DNA of 63,758 nucleotides, filler included, from Pirum gemmata (GCA_002812295.1; 28 parts of 28 records of this genome joined end to end with filler, not necessarily neighbours in it), one strand, 5' to 3'; positions 24,545 to 38,014 are shown, counted from the whole stretch's first letter. Notes: generated by a model from the sequence alone, not told the origin. Numbers and translations: made by a program.

Positions 24545-25250
24545 TTTTTCTAAACATAGCAAAGATTATCACTGCAATAATCAACATTACCCAAACCTTG
24601 AACTCTTTCCGATTCCATTATATATATGGAACCAAATGTGGGTCTTTCGGCCCTTGACCATATATATATTCCCACTGTAAAAGGTAAGTGGTGTACCAAT
24701 AATGGAAATCATATTTTCCAAACATGACAAGAATTATCACTGTAATAATCAACAATACTCAAATAAGGCGAGTGGTTTGCCAATAATGGAAATAATGTTT
24801 TCTAAACATAGCAAGGATTATCACTGCAATAATCAACAATACAACAAACCCTAAGCTCTTTCCGATCCCAACATATCTTCCACTTTTAAAAGGTAAGTAA
24901 TGTACCAATAATGGAAATCATGTTTTTTAAACATAGCAAGGGTTATGACTGTAATAATTGTAATAATCAACATTACTCAAACCTTGAACTCTTTCCTATT
25001 CCATATAAAGCGAGTGGTGTATCAATAATGGAAATCATTTTTTCTAAACATAGAAAGGATTATCACTGCAATAATCAACAATACAACAAACCACTAACAA
25101 ACAGTTAACAAACCCTAAACTCTTTCCAAATTCCAATATACCTCCCATTTTTAAAAGGTAAGTAATGTACCAATAATGGAAATCATATGCATATTTTATA
25201 AGATTCGCACTGCAATATATAATCAACATTACCCGAACCCTAAACTCTTT
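24545..25250 (-). repeat. Six decayed tandem copies of the amine oxidase stop-codon region
   Basis: CTAAACATA...ATCACTGCAATAATCAAC at ~24550, 24719, 24802, 24927, 25043 and 25199 match the gene end at 25511-25545. Confidence 0.88.
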
Positions 25251-25510
25251 TCGATTATCGTGCTTTTCATTTGTTTGGTCACTCTGAATATTTATTTGGA
25301 GGGTTATAATCTTTAAATTGACATTTTTAAATCAATACATAGATAATAAAATATACCTAATTAAATTAAATGGATTTATATTGTATTAATTTGATACTAT
25401 TTATTGTATATTTTATGATGACAAAACAACTGAAAAGTACTGTACAAATATCTCCCAAGCTAAGTAGTGTATGCACACCAATCCAATAATGGAAACCATA
25501 CATAGATTTT

Positions 25511-26268
25511 CTAAACATAAAATGGATTCGCACTACAATAATCAAGATTACTCAAACCTTGTACTCTTTCCAACCCCAATATTTCTTGTAACAAATTTTC
25601 AGACGTCTGCAAAGCCCCTTCACCCCAACCTTGATTCATACTATAAGCCTCCCCTACTACGTGAATGTTTTCTTTTTCCCCTAATGGTTGCAACATATCT
25701 TGATATATTTCCCAAAACTTTTGACCTGGACGGTAGGTATGCCAAGCACTGGTCAAAGTATTGGCTTGTGTTGGACTCCAAAAGCGGTGATCAATCGTAT
25801 CGGGCTCAGGTATTAATTTTTCGTCAACATTGAAAAGATTACCTAAGTATTTTCTAACTATATTCCATTGTCTTTTGGGGAATCTATCTTTTGCTTCTCC
25901 GATGTATTCATTAGAAGGGTAACATATGGCACATTGATCAGTAGTAGAATTATTATTACTACTACCGTTGTTATTGTTGTTATTGTTGTTATTGTTGTTA
26001 TTGTACATGTTGTTTAAACAAGTAGGTTTATTTTCTAGATAATAATCTTGCCAAAATAAACTACCCGTATCCTGATCTGCATATATTTGTAAAGCTGCAA
26101 AGTTGGAATACTCTTTTTTAACGCAGGTATTGTTTCGATTTTGGGTACCAGGATACCAGGCATAAACTTGGTATATTGGATCGGAAGTAGTAGAACGGCC
26201 TGCTTTAAAATCAGGGTTATCTTTTTTCCACCAAGGCTCTTTCCAACCCAACACTAACTTCAAGGCAT
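25511..26268 (-). CDS. Flavin-containing amine oxidase / L-amino-acid oxidase family, terminal exon
   Basis: KLVLGWKEPWW, TTSDPIYQVYAW, AWHTYRPG and IHVVGEAYSMNQGWGEGALQTSE (C-terminal FAD motif); AG acceptor at 26269-26270. Confidence 0.85.
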
Positions 26269-27431
26269 CTATATATATATAAATATATATATATACATCG
26301 TGATGTTATTTGTTATTGCTATTAATACGAATGGTGATAATAATAATATTAATAATAATAATAATAATAATACNNNNNNNNNNNNNNNNNNNNNNNNNNN
26401 NNNNNNNNNNNNNNNNNTTAATTAATTAANNNNNNNNNNNNNNNNNNNNNNNNNNNNNNNNNNNNNNNNNNNNCAATAATAATAACAATAATAATAACAA
26501 TAATAACAATAATAATAATAATAATATTAATAATAATAATACACCATATTCATTTTCACAATGTTATGTTGTCTCGAGTACATCGTATCCATAAGACAGT
26601 GGAGTCTGGATTATACCTTTACGAAGCTATTGATGTGTAATGATGTTTGAGAATATTAGAAATGTTTATAATTAATTAATAATAATATTAATAACAATAA
26701 CAACAACACTAATATTACTAATAATAATATTACTAATAATAATATTACTAATAATAATAACAACAATAATAAAAATAATAATTATTATTATCATAATAAT
26801 AGTAATGACAATTATAATAATAATCATATATAATATGATATTAATTTGTAGCACTTATAAAACTTACCGCACAACAAAACGTTAAGAATATCAACTCATC
26901 AAAAATTATATAAGAAATGAACACATTTTTCGTAGCCATTGATGCTAGTGTCTGTTCGAGTAGCTGCTTTCGAGTATTTAAATCTAAAGAATACAAATTA
27001 TTATTATTATCATTATTATATATATTATTATTATTATACATTATGATTATATGATTATGAATATTATGATTGTTATGATTATTGCAGTTGTTATATTATT
27101 AGAATACATATATACATAATATTATACATATTATATATTATTATTATCTAATTTAAAAAATTAAAGCAAACAATAGCAACATAAGTTGAATGTTTAATTA
27201 AGGTGGTTAAAATACACTATGATTTACAATATTACTTTGTATATCATTGTATAGTTTATGACTATTTACTTATATTTACTATTGTAATTGTATGTAATAC
27301 AGTCAGCAGCAGCACGTTGTATGTTTTTTCAAATTTAATATAAATTCATTATTACTATAATCAATATTTTCAATTTTATTTTTTTGTTTTTCGAAACAAT
27401 GTTTTAATTTTTTTGGTAAATTTTAAACTTA

Positions 27432-28352
27432 TCATAGTAGCAGCAATATCTTATCATGTAGTAGATCATTCGCTTTTTGACTACTGAATTTACAAGCATT
27501 ACCATCATAGGTTTGGGTAAGGGGACGGGATAATCCATTATTGTTATTATACGATAGTACTTGGGAACAACAACCGTTTCTATTGCTATCTAATTTTGTT
27601 GAAAGTGGCAATTGTTTATGTATTGAAGCATGAACAGAGTGGTAAGCTGGTAAGTTGTTTAATTGAAACCTCGAAGATAGCTCCATTTCTTTCTCGCATA
27701 AATTCTGTTTTACATGTCTTTCTATGTTCAACAAATTACTAGAGGAAGTAAACTCTGCATTTGTGTAGCGATTAAAACGATAGAGGTAGCTAAAAATTTG
27801 GAATCTTGGTATTTCTGAGTCCACATCTACCGGTTCCAGTAGTTTTTTGTTCATATCTTCTTCGGTACTAATAACAGTATTGTCATCCCTTTGGAAATAT
27901 TTGTCATACAGATATTTTAATCTACAAATGTTTTGGATAATTATTCTATTACTTTCGGACACAGGCATCATATGGAATTTTTCTGATTCTGGTATAACTT
28001 CTAACCAAGACATAATGGATTCTATATTGAATATACCTTCTATCGTTTCCATTATACTAACTTTTTCATTTTTATTATACTCTTGTTGTTTTTCTATTTC
28101 TGTTATCAATTCTTTAATTATTTTTGAGTTTGCATATTTAGTTTTACTGCCGTTATCAGTAAAATTGTCAATACTTCTTCTCTCGGTATTTAAAAACATT
28201 AACTCTTCACAGCTTTTGCTTAGAGACCCTGCAGTAGCTGACGAAGGTCGATTACCATTTTCTTTGATATTATTTTTTTCTCGTACACAGCCTAAAGACG
28301 TTACCCTCGCGATTGCATGTCTATTTTGCAATTGCTTCTTTCTTTGAAACAT
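27432..28352 (-). CDS. Hypothetical protein (306 aa)
   Basis: Long non-repetitive ATG-started ORF in AT-rich DNA; no family recognised. Confidence 0.7.
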   Translation of the reverse strand: MFQRKKQLQNRHAIARVTSLGCVREKNNIKENGNRPSSATAGSLSKSCEELMFLNTERRSIDNFTDNGSKTKYANSKIIKELITEIEKQQEYNKNEKVSIMETIEGIFNIESIMSWLEVIPESEKFHMMPVSESNRIIIQNICRLKYLYDKYFQRDDNTVISTEEDMNKKLLEPVDVDSEIPRFQIFSYLYRFNRYTNAEFTSSSNLLNIERHVKQNLCEKEMELSSRFQLNNLPAYHSVHASIHKQLPLSTKLDSNRNGCCSQVLSYNNNNGLSRPLTQTYDGNACKFSSQKANDLLHDKILLLL

Positions 28353-29144
28353 ATTTTTAATATTATTGTTTATTAAAAAAAATTGAAGTATTAGATCATT
28401 ACATAGATTTTTTATATTATTATTATTATTATTATTATTATCATTATTATTATTATTATTATTAATTGTTATTATTNNNNNNNNNNNNNNNNNNNNNNNN
28501 NNNNNNNNNNNNNNNNNNNNTTAATTAATTAANNNNNNNNNNNNNNNNNNNNNNNNNNNNNNNNNNNNNNNNNNNNTATTTAGTTTCTAGTTTTTCTATA
28601 AAATTTCTAAAGAATCTTCGTGAAATCGTTTGAGATTTTTTTTAAATGAATTCAAAAGTTCAATGCTTAAAATTAGATCGAAAAATTTCGAAAAATTCGA
28701 ACTTAGTCTCGATTCGATAGTTTTTCCAAAATCTCCCTAGTAGCTGTTCCCAAATTTGATCAGAAATATTAAAGAATAATAAATCCTCCTGATCTTTTTA
28801 TCCTTGCTTCAGTTCTTGTTGGTATGACCAATGCCACTTTTCTATTACATTTTTCATTTATTTTTGTTGAGATTGTAGGTAGGTTGTTGGGGGGGGGGTG
28901 GGGGGCTACTAGAATGCCTTCGTGGGTAATTACGACTTTCTTAATTTTTTTTTCAAATCCCAGCTTTGTAACAACTTCAAGTAAAAGTGGGTTACATCAT
29001 ATACCCTTGTATATATATATATAAGCAATCTCAATAACGTCAACAGTGTCTACAACCTCAGCACCAATATATATATATAATATATATAATATATGGTATG
29101 TGATAGTGTGAGTATATATATATATATATATATATATGGGTGAA

Positions 29145-29810
29145 TGGGTGCAAAGATCGATCACCTCACTTTTATTCAATGTACGTATGTAATCATTTTG
29201 ACAACAATCAGAGAAACGTAGAAAAGTTACCTACTCTCTACTTCATTTTGAAAGTTATCCTAATTGCAAGTAATAGGCTAGAGAATAATCATTGTATATT
29301 TGGCGCTGAAATAATGAATATGAAACTTATTTGTCATGTAGTTAAATGTAATAAAAGCGAGAGTGCTTAAATGTTTTTATAACGTGTGTGTAAAGATCGA
29401 TCACCTCACTTATATTCAGTGTACGAATGTCATTTTGACAACAATCAGAGAAACATAGAAAGGTTACCTACTCTCTTCTTCAAAGTTATCCTAATTGCAA
29501 GTAATGGGCTAAAGAATAACCATTATATATTTAGCACTGAAAGAATGAATGTAGTCAAATGTAATAAAAGCGAGTGCTTAAATGCTTTTATAACGTGTGT
29601 GCAAAGATTGATCACCTCACTTTTATTCAGTGTACGAATGTAACCATTTTGACAACAATCAGAGAAACATAGAAAGGTTATCTACTCTCTACTTCATTTT
29701 GAAAGTTGTCCTAATTGCGAATAATGGGCTATAGAATAATCATTATATATTATTTAGCACTGAAAGAATGAATATGAAACTTATTTATCATGTAGTCAAG
29801 TGTAATAAAA
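29145..29810. repeat. ~220-240-bp tandem repeat x3
   Basis: Units start GTGCAAAGATCGATCACCTCACTT at ~29148, 29388 and 29599. Confidence 0.92.
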
Positions 29811-30375
29811 GTAAGTCCTTTACTGTTTTTCTGGCCTAATATTTTTATAATCAAATTGAGTCTTTTTTTTGTTATTTGTTATTTATTTTTTCAAAGTTTG
29901 ATGTCATTAAAAGATTAGTAGAAATAAAAGTACTAGGAGATACGGGAAAACATAATCGAATCAAACAGCTCGATCCTAATCATTAAATATGACAATTTTG
30001 AAATGCTATTTTTTTATTTCGAGTTTCAAGTTTTGTCTATGAAATTTCTAAGAATTTTAAATATTTTTTTTATGAAATCAAAAATGAGTCAATACTTAAA
30101 ATTAGATTCTCGATTCGATGGTTTTTCCCGAATCTCCCTATATTTAAGTCTTGGTTTTTTCTGTTTTTGGTTTAAATACATAAAATTATTATAATTGCTA
30201 TTATTTTTTTTTTTTTTAGAAAGCGAAATTTCAAATTACAAGTTTAATAATAATTTATTTCAGTCTTGAAAAACTGAAGTAAAAACTACCAAATTGAATT
30301 AATGGGTACGTTTTAATTATCTTAGTACTAATAATAGTAATAATTATGATAAAAATAATAATGCATAATAATATA

Positions 30376-30610
30376 GGGACTTAAGTATAGGGCTAGCACG
30401 GATGAAGTCAAAATAATATTTTTTTTTTCTTATCTCGGGCATAGGTTTCTATAAGTAGAGGAAATGAGAAACTCCCTCTTTTATACTAAAGTGGACTAAC
30501 TATTATGGAGGGGGGTTAGGTAGAGGAAAAGATATTGGGAGGTTAGCAAAAAATAAAAATAAAAATGTATTATTGTGACGTCATCCGTGCTAACCCTATA
30601 CTTTAGTCCC
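30376..30610. mobile_element. MITE (TIR GGGACTWAAGTATAGGGYTAGCACGGATGA, ~50 bp; TA duplication)
   Basis: Clear inverted termini flanked by TA. Confidence 0.87.
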
Positions 30611-31088
30611 TATCATAANNNNNNNNNNNNNNNNNNNNNNNNNNNNNNNNNNNNNNNNNNNNTTAATTAATTAANNNNNNNNNNNNNNNNNNNNNNNNNN
30701 NNNNNNNNNNNNNNNNNNTAAAAAAAAAAAAATCAAAACCAAAAAACCAAAAATCAACAACAAAAATCAACAACAAAACAAAAAACAAAAATGCTAAATC
30801 ATATTATTGATTGTGAATGGTATGCTAGCTAATTGAAAAATTACCTAATTGAATTAATAAGCATAAAAAAATTATGTGAAAAAATCTATTCTAAAAAATT
30901 GGTTTAAAAGAACATTACGAACTGGTTAGAAAGTATTGTGTTTTTAACCAATTCTTATTTCTATAATTCATGTTATTTTGCCATCTTAACATCGTAATCA
31001 CAATTAACAGCTCTTAATCAAAAATATGTTAAAACTAAATTTCTCAGTAGTGCCAAAATAGTAGCCAAAATAGTATGTAACAACTTAC

Positions 31089-32568
31089 TGAAATTGGCCC
31101 TCCTCTTGTATGATTGGTTGATCTCCTCCAATTGAATGACGAACCACTCCTTCTACAGTTTCGATGAGCATGGTCCTATTTTAAAAAGAAAGAATAGAAG
31201 AAATAAATTTAAAAATAAAATAAAATGACAATATAATAAGTCGTCGTAAACCTAAGATTTTGAAAACAAAGAAAAGGGGTAATTACTTTGCTTCGGTTTC
31301 CAAACTTGAAGTAGGGCTGTTTTCGGTTTCCAGTAATAGATGCCCGCTAGAATTAGATTGGTTGCTTATTATTTCCAGTGCCTCTGAAAAAATAAATTAA
31401 TATTAAAACCACATAAGCGACAAAGCAAGATAAAAACTAAAACACCCAAACAAACAAGCCATGATAGTCATAACAAATAAAATGTAATTAACAATATATT
31501 TATTTGGTTTTTTCTTAGTCTTAATAAAAAACATGATAAATTGAAAAATTACAAGTATAATAAACAATATAGGAGTTTAATATAATCAAATGTGAGCTCT
31601 AAACGTTTACGTTGTTGGAAGTTTGAATAAGCTTACAAATTGAAATTTACCTTCATTTTCTGCTGAAACTATTTTCTTGTTAATATTTTCATTTTGAGCA
31701 CAATTTTCGGAACTTTTTTCTTGGGGAATCTGTTCAATGATTTGTACTTCAGAATTTTCACTTTGTTGGTTGTTTTCATTTGTAACTGTTATATTGTTAA
31801 CACCTTTATCTTCAAGACCAAGCCCGTTTTCATTAACACCATCTAAAGAAATGGCATCATCGAAGGCATCTAAAAAGGGCTCAACAGAATTACTTCTGGG
31901 CCTTTCCAATGTATCTAAATCTTCAGCATTCAAAAGCAGGTCATCGCTAAACTCGTCGATTCTGAAAAAATAACAAGTGTGAGCGATAAAAAAAAACACA
32001 CACGCAAGAATAAAAATTACATTGAAAATAATTACCTGACTAATATTGAAAATAACTTTTAACTACATTTCCTTTGTTCGACACAATATATATATATATA
32101 TATATATAACAAACTAGATCTATTCAATAGCACCATAATAATAACCAAAAACCTACACAAATACACATGGGTGAATATAATATAATACCTTGAAAATATT
32201 TTAATGACCATTTCACTTAAAGTTTGTTCTGCACACTTTCTCAAAAGCTCCGATATTCTAGATCGAAATCTAATCCCAAAAACGGCCTGATGAGTTCAAA
32301 ACGTAAATGATAGCAGGAATATAAATATATAAATTAAAATGAATACCAATAGTACAATCACTTATCGATGAGTATCACTCACAACACAATCACTTATCGA
32401 TGAGTATCACTCAACGATTTATGTTCACTTGATAACAATGCCAATATTTCAAAGCAATAATAATAATAATAAGTAAAATGCAAGAATAAAAAATACCTGG
32501 ATCATATCAAGTATAGAACGATGGGGAAGTAAGTCACCTACTGAGGATACAACAATCGTACGCAAGAC
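31089..32568 (-). CDS. GBF1: GBF1/Gea-type large Arf-GEF, DCB region, five internal exons
   Basis: Exons 32568-32497 (VLRTIVVSSVGDLLPHRSILDMIQ), 32286-32189 (AVFGIRFRSRISELLRKCAEQTLSEMVIKIFSR), 31961-31651, 31383-31287 and 31175-31089, all in phase. Matches recalled GBF1 RLSELLRKSAEHTLVDMVQLLFTRL. Confidence 0.87.
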
Positions 32569-33928
32569 CTGATGTCAAAATCAATATTAAAAGATATAGA
32601 ACACAACAAACAAATATAGCGATATAAACAAGATTGTGTGTGAATGTGCATTGTGTGTGTGTGTGTATTGTGTGTGAATGTGCATTGTGTGTGCGTGTAC
32701 AATGTGTGTGTGTACATTGTGTGTGTGTGTGGGGGTGTATGTGTGTATGTGTATGTGTGTNNNNNNNNNNNNNNNNNNNNNNNNNNNNNNNNNNNNNNNN
32801 NNNNTTAATTAATTAANNNNNNNNNNNNNNNNNNNNNNNNNNNNNNNNNNNNNNNNNNNNATAATAAAGATAATAATAATAATAATAATAATAAAGATAA
32901 TAATAATAACAATAATAATAATTGTAGACACTCTCTAGTACATGTGCAATAAAATAATTTCTTTAGTTATAATTAGAAAGAGAGAGAGAAGGAAAAAAAA
33001 AAAATAATTTTTTTAAGAATAATATTATTAGTCGACCGGTATCATAAATATATTATATAGAGTCTATGTTCAATAATAAATAATATCAAATTAATACAAT
33101 ATAAATCCATTCAATTTAATTTATCCATGACATTGTATTGATTTAAAAATGACAATTTAAATAGTATAACTCTCCAAATAAATATTCAGACAAAATAAAA
33201 TTTAATGACAAGCACGATATAACACTGGTGATACAAACATTGTAAACAGTCGATTAGAGTCGATTAGAGTACTTTAATTTAAAGTGCTAGTCTTATTGGT
33301 TTGTTTGAGTTATCGTGCTTTTTATTTATTTTGTTATTCTGAATATTTATTTGGAGGTTTATTATATTTAAACTGACATTTTTAAATAAATACATAGCTA
33401 TCAAATTAAATTCAATATATGGATTTATATTGTACTAATTTTGTACTATTTATTGTATATATTATGATGACAAAAAAACTGAAAAGCACTATATCAATAT
33501 TTTAATTTTGTTTATTTCATTTGTTTGTGTTTGTGTTTGTTTACATTATTATAATAATATATAATATTATTAATAAAACTAGAAAAAATCAATAAATAAA
33601 ATAAAATGATATTAATATAATATTATATTATATTATATATATAATATTGTATATTAATTAATATTAATTAATAATATTATAGAAGTATATACCACATTTC
33701 CAAAAGGCTCGGGTTTAATGTATGTAATATCAGGCACTGTAATCAAATTCCATATTTTCTTGACTTTATAATCACAAATTAAAGAATATTAATATATTGA
33801 TACCAAGTTATAAAAGTAGAAATAGTAATTATTAAAACAATCAAAGGATTTTATGTAGAATGCATGCGCACTGAAAATGAAAAGGGGTAGAAGAATCGAA
33901 GTAAAAACAAAACTCGATTTCTCCTTAT

Positions 33929-34717
33929 TTACTGAAGTGGAATGATGTCACCGGTGGCTGGAGCAGAATCCGAAGGAGTGCTTCCGTAATTTGAAGTATC
34001 ACTCAAAACACGATATTGTGTTTGTCCGTTTACAGTCGAAATAGTTCCACTAATTGTGTATGCATAAAAATTACCTGAACGACTCCACTCAGAATCACTA
34101 TTGTCTATTTCAACCCTATATTGCATTGTTGATGTTTTGGTCATCATTTCCGCAATGGCATTAATGATTGTAACTTGGTTGCTTTCTGATATTCCATATT
34201 TCTCCATATTTTGGGTAACTTCACTTGCACTAGCCGACGCTTTAAGTCCCCCAAAAAGACAATCAAAGAAGCTAACTGATCCACTTACACTAGCTTGTTT
34301 TTGAACTTCTTTGTAATATTCACTTTGTTTGCTGGCAGCAATCGAAGCTTCAACTAAGGATTGAATGTCTTTAACATTTTGACTTGATAAAACTGGAAAA
34401 TTTAAAGTAATGTCAATATTTGCAGTAGAACGGCCAGGAACGGTAAAACCTGCCCCTGAAATTGAACCCAATCCTGAACCAGAAATGTTCATGTATGAGT
34501 TTGTATTTCCAGAATCCCTTCTCAATTTATTACTAATAGCTTTAGTATTGGTAGTGGAATGCAAAACGCCCAAGAGATTCCCTGCCTGTTCTGGGTGAGC
34601 TTCTTGAATGATAATCGTTTGTTGATTAACATTAACCGATTTTCCCACGGCATAAGGACTAAAATTCAACAAACTTAGAGTACAAAAAGTTAGAACTGAT
34701 TTTGTAAAGCAGATCAT
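33929..34717 (-). CDS. Secreted hypothetical protein (262 aa), intronless
   Basis: Signal-peptide-like N-terminus, dibasic KLRR site at ~residue 67, and a Ser/Thr/Gly-rich globular region. Confidence 0.85.
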   Translation of the reverse strand: MICFTKSVLTFCTLSLLNFSPYAVGKSVNVNQQTIIIQEAHPEQAGNLLGVLHSTTNTKAISNKLRRDSGNTNSYMNISGSGLGSISGAGFTVPGRSTANIDITLNFPVLSSQNVKDIQSLVEASIAASKQSEYYKEVQKQASVSGSVSFFDCLFGGLKASASASEVTQNMEKYGISESNQVTIINAIAEMMTKTSTMQYRVEIDNSDSEWSRSGNFYAYTISGTISTVNGQTQYRVLSDTSNYGSTPSDSAPATGDIIPLQ

Positions 34718-35300
34718 GTTTTTTTGTGCGTGTGTTTTATGTGTGTGTGTGTGTTTATGTGTGTGTTTTGTGTGTGTGTGTGTGTTTTTTTTTTAGCTTT
34801 TTAGTTTTTTTGTTTTTTTTTTATTTTTTGTTTTTTGTTTTTTCATTATTATTATTTCTAAAATGTGAAAACAACCTCCATTATTTATACTTTTTTTATT
34901 ATNNNNNNNNNNNNNNNNNNNNNNNNNNNNNNNNNNNNNNNNNNNNTTAATTAATTAANNNNNNNNNNNNNNNNNNNNNNNNNNNNNNNNNNNNNNNNNN
35001 NNTTATTATTATTATTATTAGCCTTAACCCTAAATCCTAAACTCTTAACCCTTAACCCCGCACCCGCACCCGCACCCGCACCCTAAACCTAACCTAACCG
35101 TGGTCTTTGTACTTTTCCCGGTCTTGACCCTAACTTTACCCCTAACCCTAACCCTAACCCTGAACCCTAACCCTAACCCTAACCCTGTACCCTAACCCTG
35201 ACCCTGAACCCTAACCCTGAACTCCACCCCTAACTCCTAACCCTAACCCTAACCCTGCTCCTAACCCGAACCCTAACCTTAAACTTAACCCTTACAATAG

Positions 35301-35686
35301 GAGTCAATGGCTATGTTTGGATCAGCTTACCCCCTCCTTCAACCGATGAAGAAAAAGAAGAAAACAAAGAAGAAACCGAAAAAATGAACATTGCCAATAA
35401 TAATAATAATAATAATACTAATGATAATGATAATGATAATAATAATATCAATGATCATAATGATAATAGTAATGATAATATAATCACTTTTCAACACAGA
35501 CAAAACATTGCTAGAGTTAGAAATAGTATTATGGCTCTAAATTCGCAATTTTTAAGTATTTATGATACTTCAATTGTTTATACTTATGAAGCGTCTCTAG
35601 AATATTCTATTGCCGATATGTTAAAACCAGAAATACAAGAAGAAATAACCCAACAAGTTAGAGAATCTAACCTGAGTAGTTCTTGA
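35301..35686 (+). CDS. EXOSC2: Exosome component RRP4, terminal exon (KH domain) with Asn insertion
   Basis: GVNGYVWI...RQNIARVRNSIMAL...IYDTSIVYTYEASL...DMLKPEIQEEI matches recalled EXOSC2 GNNGFIWI...LYDTSILYCYEASL...DILKPEIMEEI. Confidence 0.92.
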
Positions 35687-36705
35687 TCTAACCTAAGTAG
35701 TTCTTACTATAACCTAGGTAGTGTTGTTGATCATCTAGAAATACAAGAAATAATCCAATAAATTGAGAATCGAATTTCTTTATCTAACCTGACTATTTTC
35801 TTGATCTAACTAAGCAGTTCTTAATCTAACCTAGGTAGTTATTGATCATCTAGAAATAATCCAATAAGTTGAGAATCAAATCTAACCTGAGTAGTTCTTA
35901 ATCTAAACTAAGTAGCTCTTAATATAACCTAGGTAGTTCTTGATAGTCTAGAACCACAAAAAATAATTTAGTAAGTGGAGAAACGAATCTAACCTGTGTA
36001 GTTTATGATCTAACCCAAGTAGTTCTTAATCTAAACCTAGTAGTTCTTAATCTAACCAAGGTAGTTGTTGACGATCTAGAAATGCAAGAAATAAACCAAC
36101 AAGTTAGCGAATCTAACCTGAATAGTTCTTGATGTAACCTAACTAATTCTTAATCTAAAGTAGGTAGTTCTTGATGATTATTAATCTAACCTAGGTAGTT
36201 CTTGATCATCTAGAAATACAAGAAATAATCCAATAAGTTGGGAATCGAATCTAACCTGAGTAGTGCTTGATCTAAATAAGTAGTTTCTTGATCTAACCTA
36301 AGTAGTTCTTCATAATCTAGAAATGCAAGATATAATCGAATAAGTTGAGAACCTAACTTGAGTAGTTCTTGATCTAACCTAAGTAGTTCTTGATAATCTA
36401 GAAATACAAGAAATAATCCAATAAGTTGAGAATCGAATTTAACCTGGGTAGCCCTTGATCTAACCTAAGTAGTTCTTACTAAAATAGGTAGTTCTTGATA
36501 ATCTAGAAATACAAATAATTCAGTACCTATGTAGTTCTTAATCTAAACTAAGTAGTTCTTAATCTAAACTAAGTAGTTCTTAATCTAACTTAGGTAGTTC
36601 TTGGTAATATAGAGATACAATTAATCCAATAAGTTGAGATTGTAACCTGAGTAGTTCTTTGATCTAACTAAGTAGTTTTTAATCTAACCTAGGTAGTGCT
36701 TAATC
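35687..36705 (+). repeat. Tandem array derived from the last ~60 nt of EXOSC2
   Basis: About nine AGAAATACAAGAAATAATCCAATAAGTTGAGA blocks interleaved with ~20-nt TCTAACCTRAGTAGTTCTTRA subunits. Confidence 0.9.
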
Positions 36706-37216
36706 TGAAACCATAATAAATAGTTACTTATTTAACCTGGTTAGGTTAGGGTAAGGGTAAGGGTTAGGGTTAGGTTAGGTTAATCTAGCCTTCTAAAGTA
36801 GTTCTTTATCTAAAGTATGAAAATACATCGCGTCATCAGTTGAATATTCTTACCTTTATTATATATAATTACCTCATAAAAACAACTGGGATATGGGAAA
36901 CATAATCGAATCACGCAGCTCGATCTTAATTATTAAATAGTGATAATTTTAAATTTACTTTATTTATTTTATTTATTTTATTTTATTTATTTTANNNNNN
37001 NNNNNNNNNNNNNNNNNNNNNNNNNNNNNNNNNNNNNNTTAATTAATTAANNNNNNNNNNNNNNNNNNNNNNNNNNNNNNNNNNNNNNNNNNNNAATGAT
37101 ATCGAGTTGAAGATGTTCAAATGGTTTCACACAATCCGATCAAGTGACATTGTCACCTACCTTCCCTCCTTTGAGCTTACTATTACTATTACTATTACTA
37201 TTACTATTACTATTAC

Positions 37217-37271
<55 letters not shown>

Positions 37272-37753
37272 GCTATTGACAAGACTACAATCATAGGGGA
37301 GCGTTCAAATACTACGTAACGCTAATTTTCGGCAAACACCTACCACCTACTTAAAAGTCGTAACATCGAGAAGAATTACTTACTCATAATGACGTAATGA
37401 TTTAAAAAAAAATAGTACCCTAATTAGTATACCAATATGATACTCGAAAAAGCAAAAAAAAGCTCAAAAAAAGCTCAAAAAAAGCTTGAAGTCCTTGAAA
37501 AAGCTCAAAAAAAGCTCAAAAAAAGCTCAAAAAAGCTCAAAACACTTCTAAATAAAGCAAAAGAAGTGTAAAAGAACAGTTTCCAATCATAATAATTCTT
37601 TTTAGCTTTATTGTACCATTTCTTTTTAAAATATTTTTAACAATAAATCATACTAAAACCATTATCCTTAATCGCATCCTTTTATCAAAATACCTTTTAT
37701 ATATTATATACAATATCATTTGCTTTATATTTTACAATAAATAATGAACAACG

Positions 37754-38014
37754 TTAACTCCAACCAATATTAAAGTTTAAAATATTCCAAGGTCTCCAAT
37801 GATCCTGTGGCATGTCCATATTCAACGTCCAGAAACTTTCAAGAGTTCCAATGTTAAAGAAATCAGGAATAGATTCACACCCAGCAGTATCCTTTGCTGC
37901 TTCATTATTCAATCTATTGGCTTTTCTTTGTTTCTTTCTTTCTTTAATTGCTTTCCTCATATCGTCCATCAATGCCCGTGGCACCAACACAGAAGGAACC
38001 CAAGCAGACGTCAT
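37754..38014 (-). CDS. Small hypothetical ORF (86 aa)
   Basis: ATG-started, GC-richer and non-repetitive; just downstream of the tRNA-like element on the same strand. Confidence 0.35.
   Translation of the reverse strand: MTSAWVPSVLVPRALMDDMRKAIKERKKQRKANRLNNEAAKDTAGCESIPDFFNIGTLESFWTLNMDMPQDHWRPWNILNFNIGWS

Noticed and set aside
35687..36705. CRISPR-like appearance of this and the 24.5-kb and 53.7-kb arrays
   Set aside because: Repeats are degenerate, the intervening sequences are themselves repeated rather than unique spacers, the context is eukaryotic and no cas genes are present.
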